From Candidatus Poribacteria bacterium (GTDB lineage: Bacteria > Poribacteria > WGA-4E > WGA-3G), in NCBI GenBank assembly GCA_965198235.1, contig OZ240248.1:544001-608000 (forward strand): a DNA stretch of 64,000 nucleotides. Direction: 5' to 3'. The stretch's first letter is position 1. Each line of letters opens with the position of its first letter. The translations under genes and the position numbers were made by a program. Below are positions 63,360 through 64,000 of this stretch, one piece after another. The notes under the pieces were generated by a model, which had not been told where the DNA came from, searched no databases, and saw only the letters and a program-made list of their open reading frames with translations.

Positions 63360-63843
63360 AAGGATTAGGGACATAGCACTCCGCTGGAGTGCCCTTCTGC
63401 CTATATCTCATTTTCTATAGACATATCACGCCTACAGCGTGAGGAACGCTTTTCAATCACGTAGCCTTCATAACCCTGATAAGGATTAGGGACATAGCAC
63501 TCCGCTGGAGTGCCCTTCTGCCTATATCTCATTTTCTATAGACATATCACGCCTACAGCGTGAGGAACGCTTTTCAATCACGTAGCCTTCATAGCCCTGA
63601 TAAGGATTAGGGACATAGCACTCCGCTGGAGTGCCCTTCTGCCTATATCTCATTTTCTATAGACATATCACGTCTACAGCGTGAGGAACGCTTTTCAATC
63701 ACGTAGCCTTCATAATCCTGATAAGGATTAGGGACATAGCACTCCGCTGGAGTGCCCTTCTGCCTATATCTCATTTTCTATAGACATATCACGCCTACAG
63801 CGTGAGGAACGCTTTTCAATCACGTAGCCTCCATAATCCTGAT
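63360..63843 (+). repeat. 4 x 121-bp near-identical tandem array of hairpin doublets
   Basis: Units start at 63360, 63481, 63602 and 63723 and differ by only a few substitutions. Confidence 0.95.
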
Positions 63844-63933
63844 TCTGGCGGACCGCTGACCCCTGACAGCCGATAGCTAAATTTGCGAAACCGCCGCAAC
63901 TATGCTATAATGTTTCATAGGAGGCACTTCATC

Positions 63934-64000
63934 ATGACAGCAGACCTTGCCATCGCGCAGTTACTTTTAAGTACACTCCTGATCGGTGTTACCTTAATAT
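63934..64000 (+). CDS. Start of a gene with a hydrophobic N-terminus, cut by the window end
   Basis: TGnTATAAT, AGGAGG, then ATG MTADLAIAQLLLSTLLIGVTLI. Confidence 0.6.
   Translation, partial: MTADLAIAQLLLSTLLIGVTLI

Noticed and set aside
63360-63843. CRISPR array
   Set aside because: The intervening sequences are essentially identical between units, the period is 121 bp, and there are no cas genes in the window.

Overview
Bacterial chromosomal window, most likely from Candidatus Poribacteria or a close relative. This is inferred from PhyH, sulfatase, FG-GAP/ASPIC, NHL and YWTD proteins, a FlgD/T9SS-like C-terminus and C-terminal 'TTWG.LK' tails. It mixes housekeeping genes (glnE, gdhA, pdxJ, tatD, rnpA-yidD-yidC-jag-mnmE, rimI, groES-groEL, rpsU) with secreted proteins and intergenic DNA rich in REP-like palindromes and heptamer repeats. 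Features the ORF track misses or mis-starts: a UGA-containing (UxxC) thioredoxin-TPR selenoprotein with a SECIS-like hairpin; an internal SD+ATG for an RpnS-type small protein inside an rpn gene; a two-piece dnaE remnant; a sigma54 promoter for groESL; and an ATC-started tauE gene. Mobile elements: an intact tnpB element whose guide comes from a monooxygenase-like gene fragment, a 145-bp omegaRNA-only relative, and a Y1 (HUH) transposase flanked by covarying hairpin doublets, including a 4x121-bp array. The most striking structure is six co-oriented near-consensus sigma70 promoters (61859-62383) driving a long structured leader and a collapsed TTWG-tailed gene. No rRNA, tRNA or CRISPR array was recognised.
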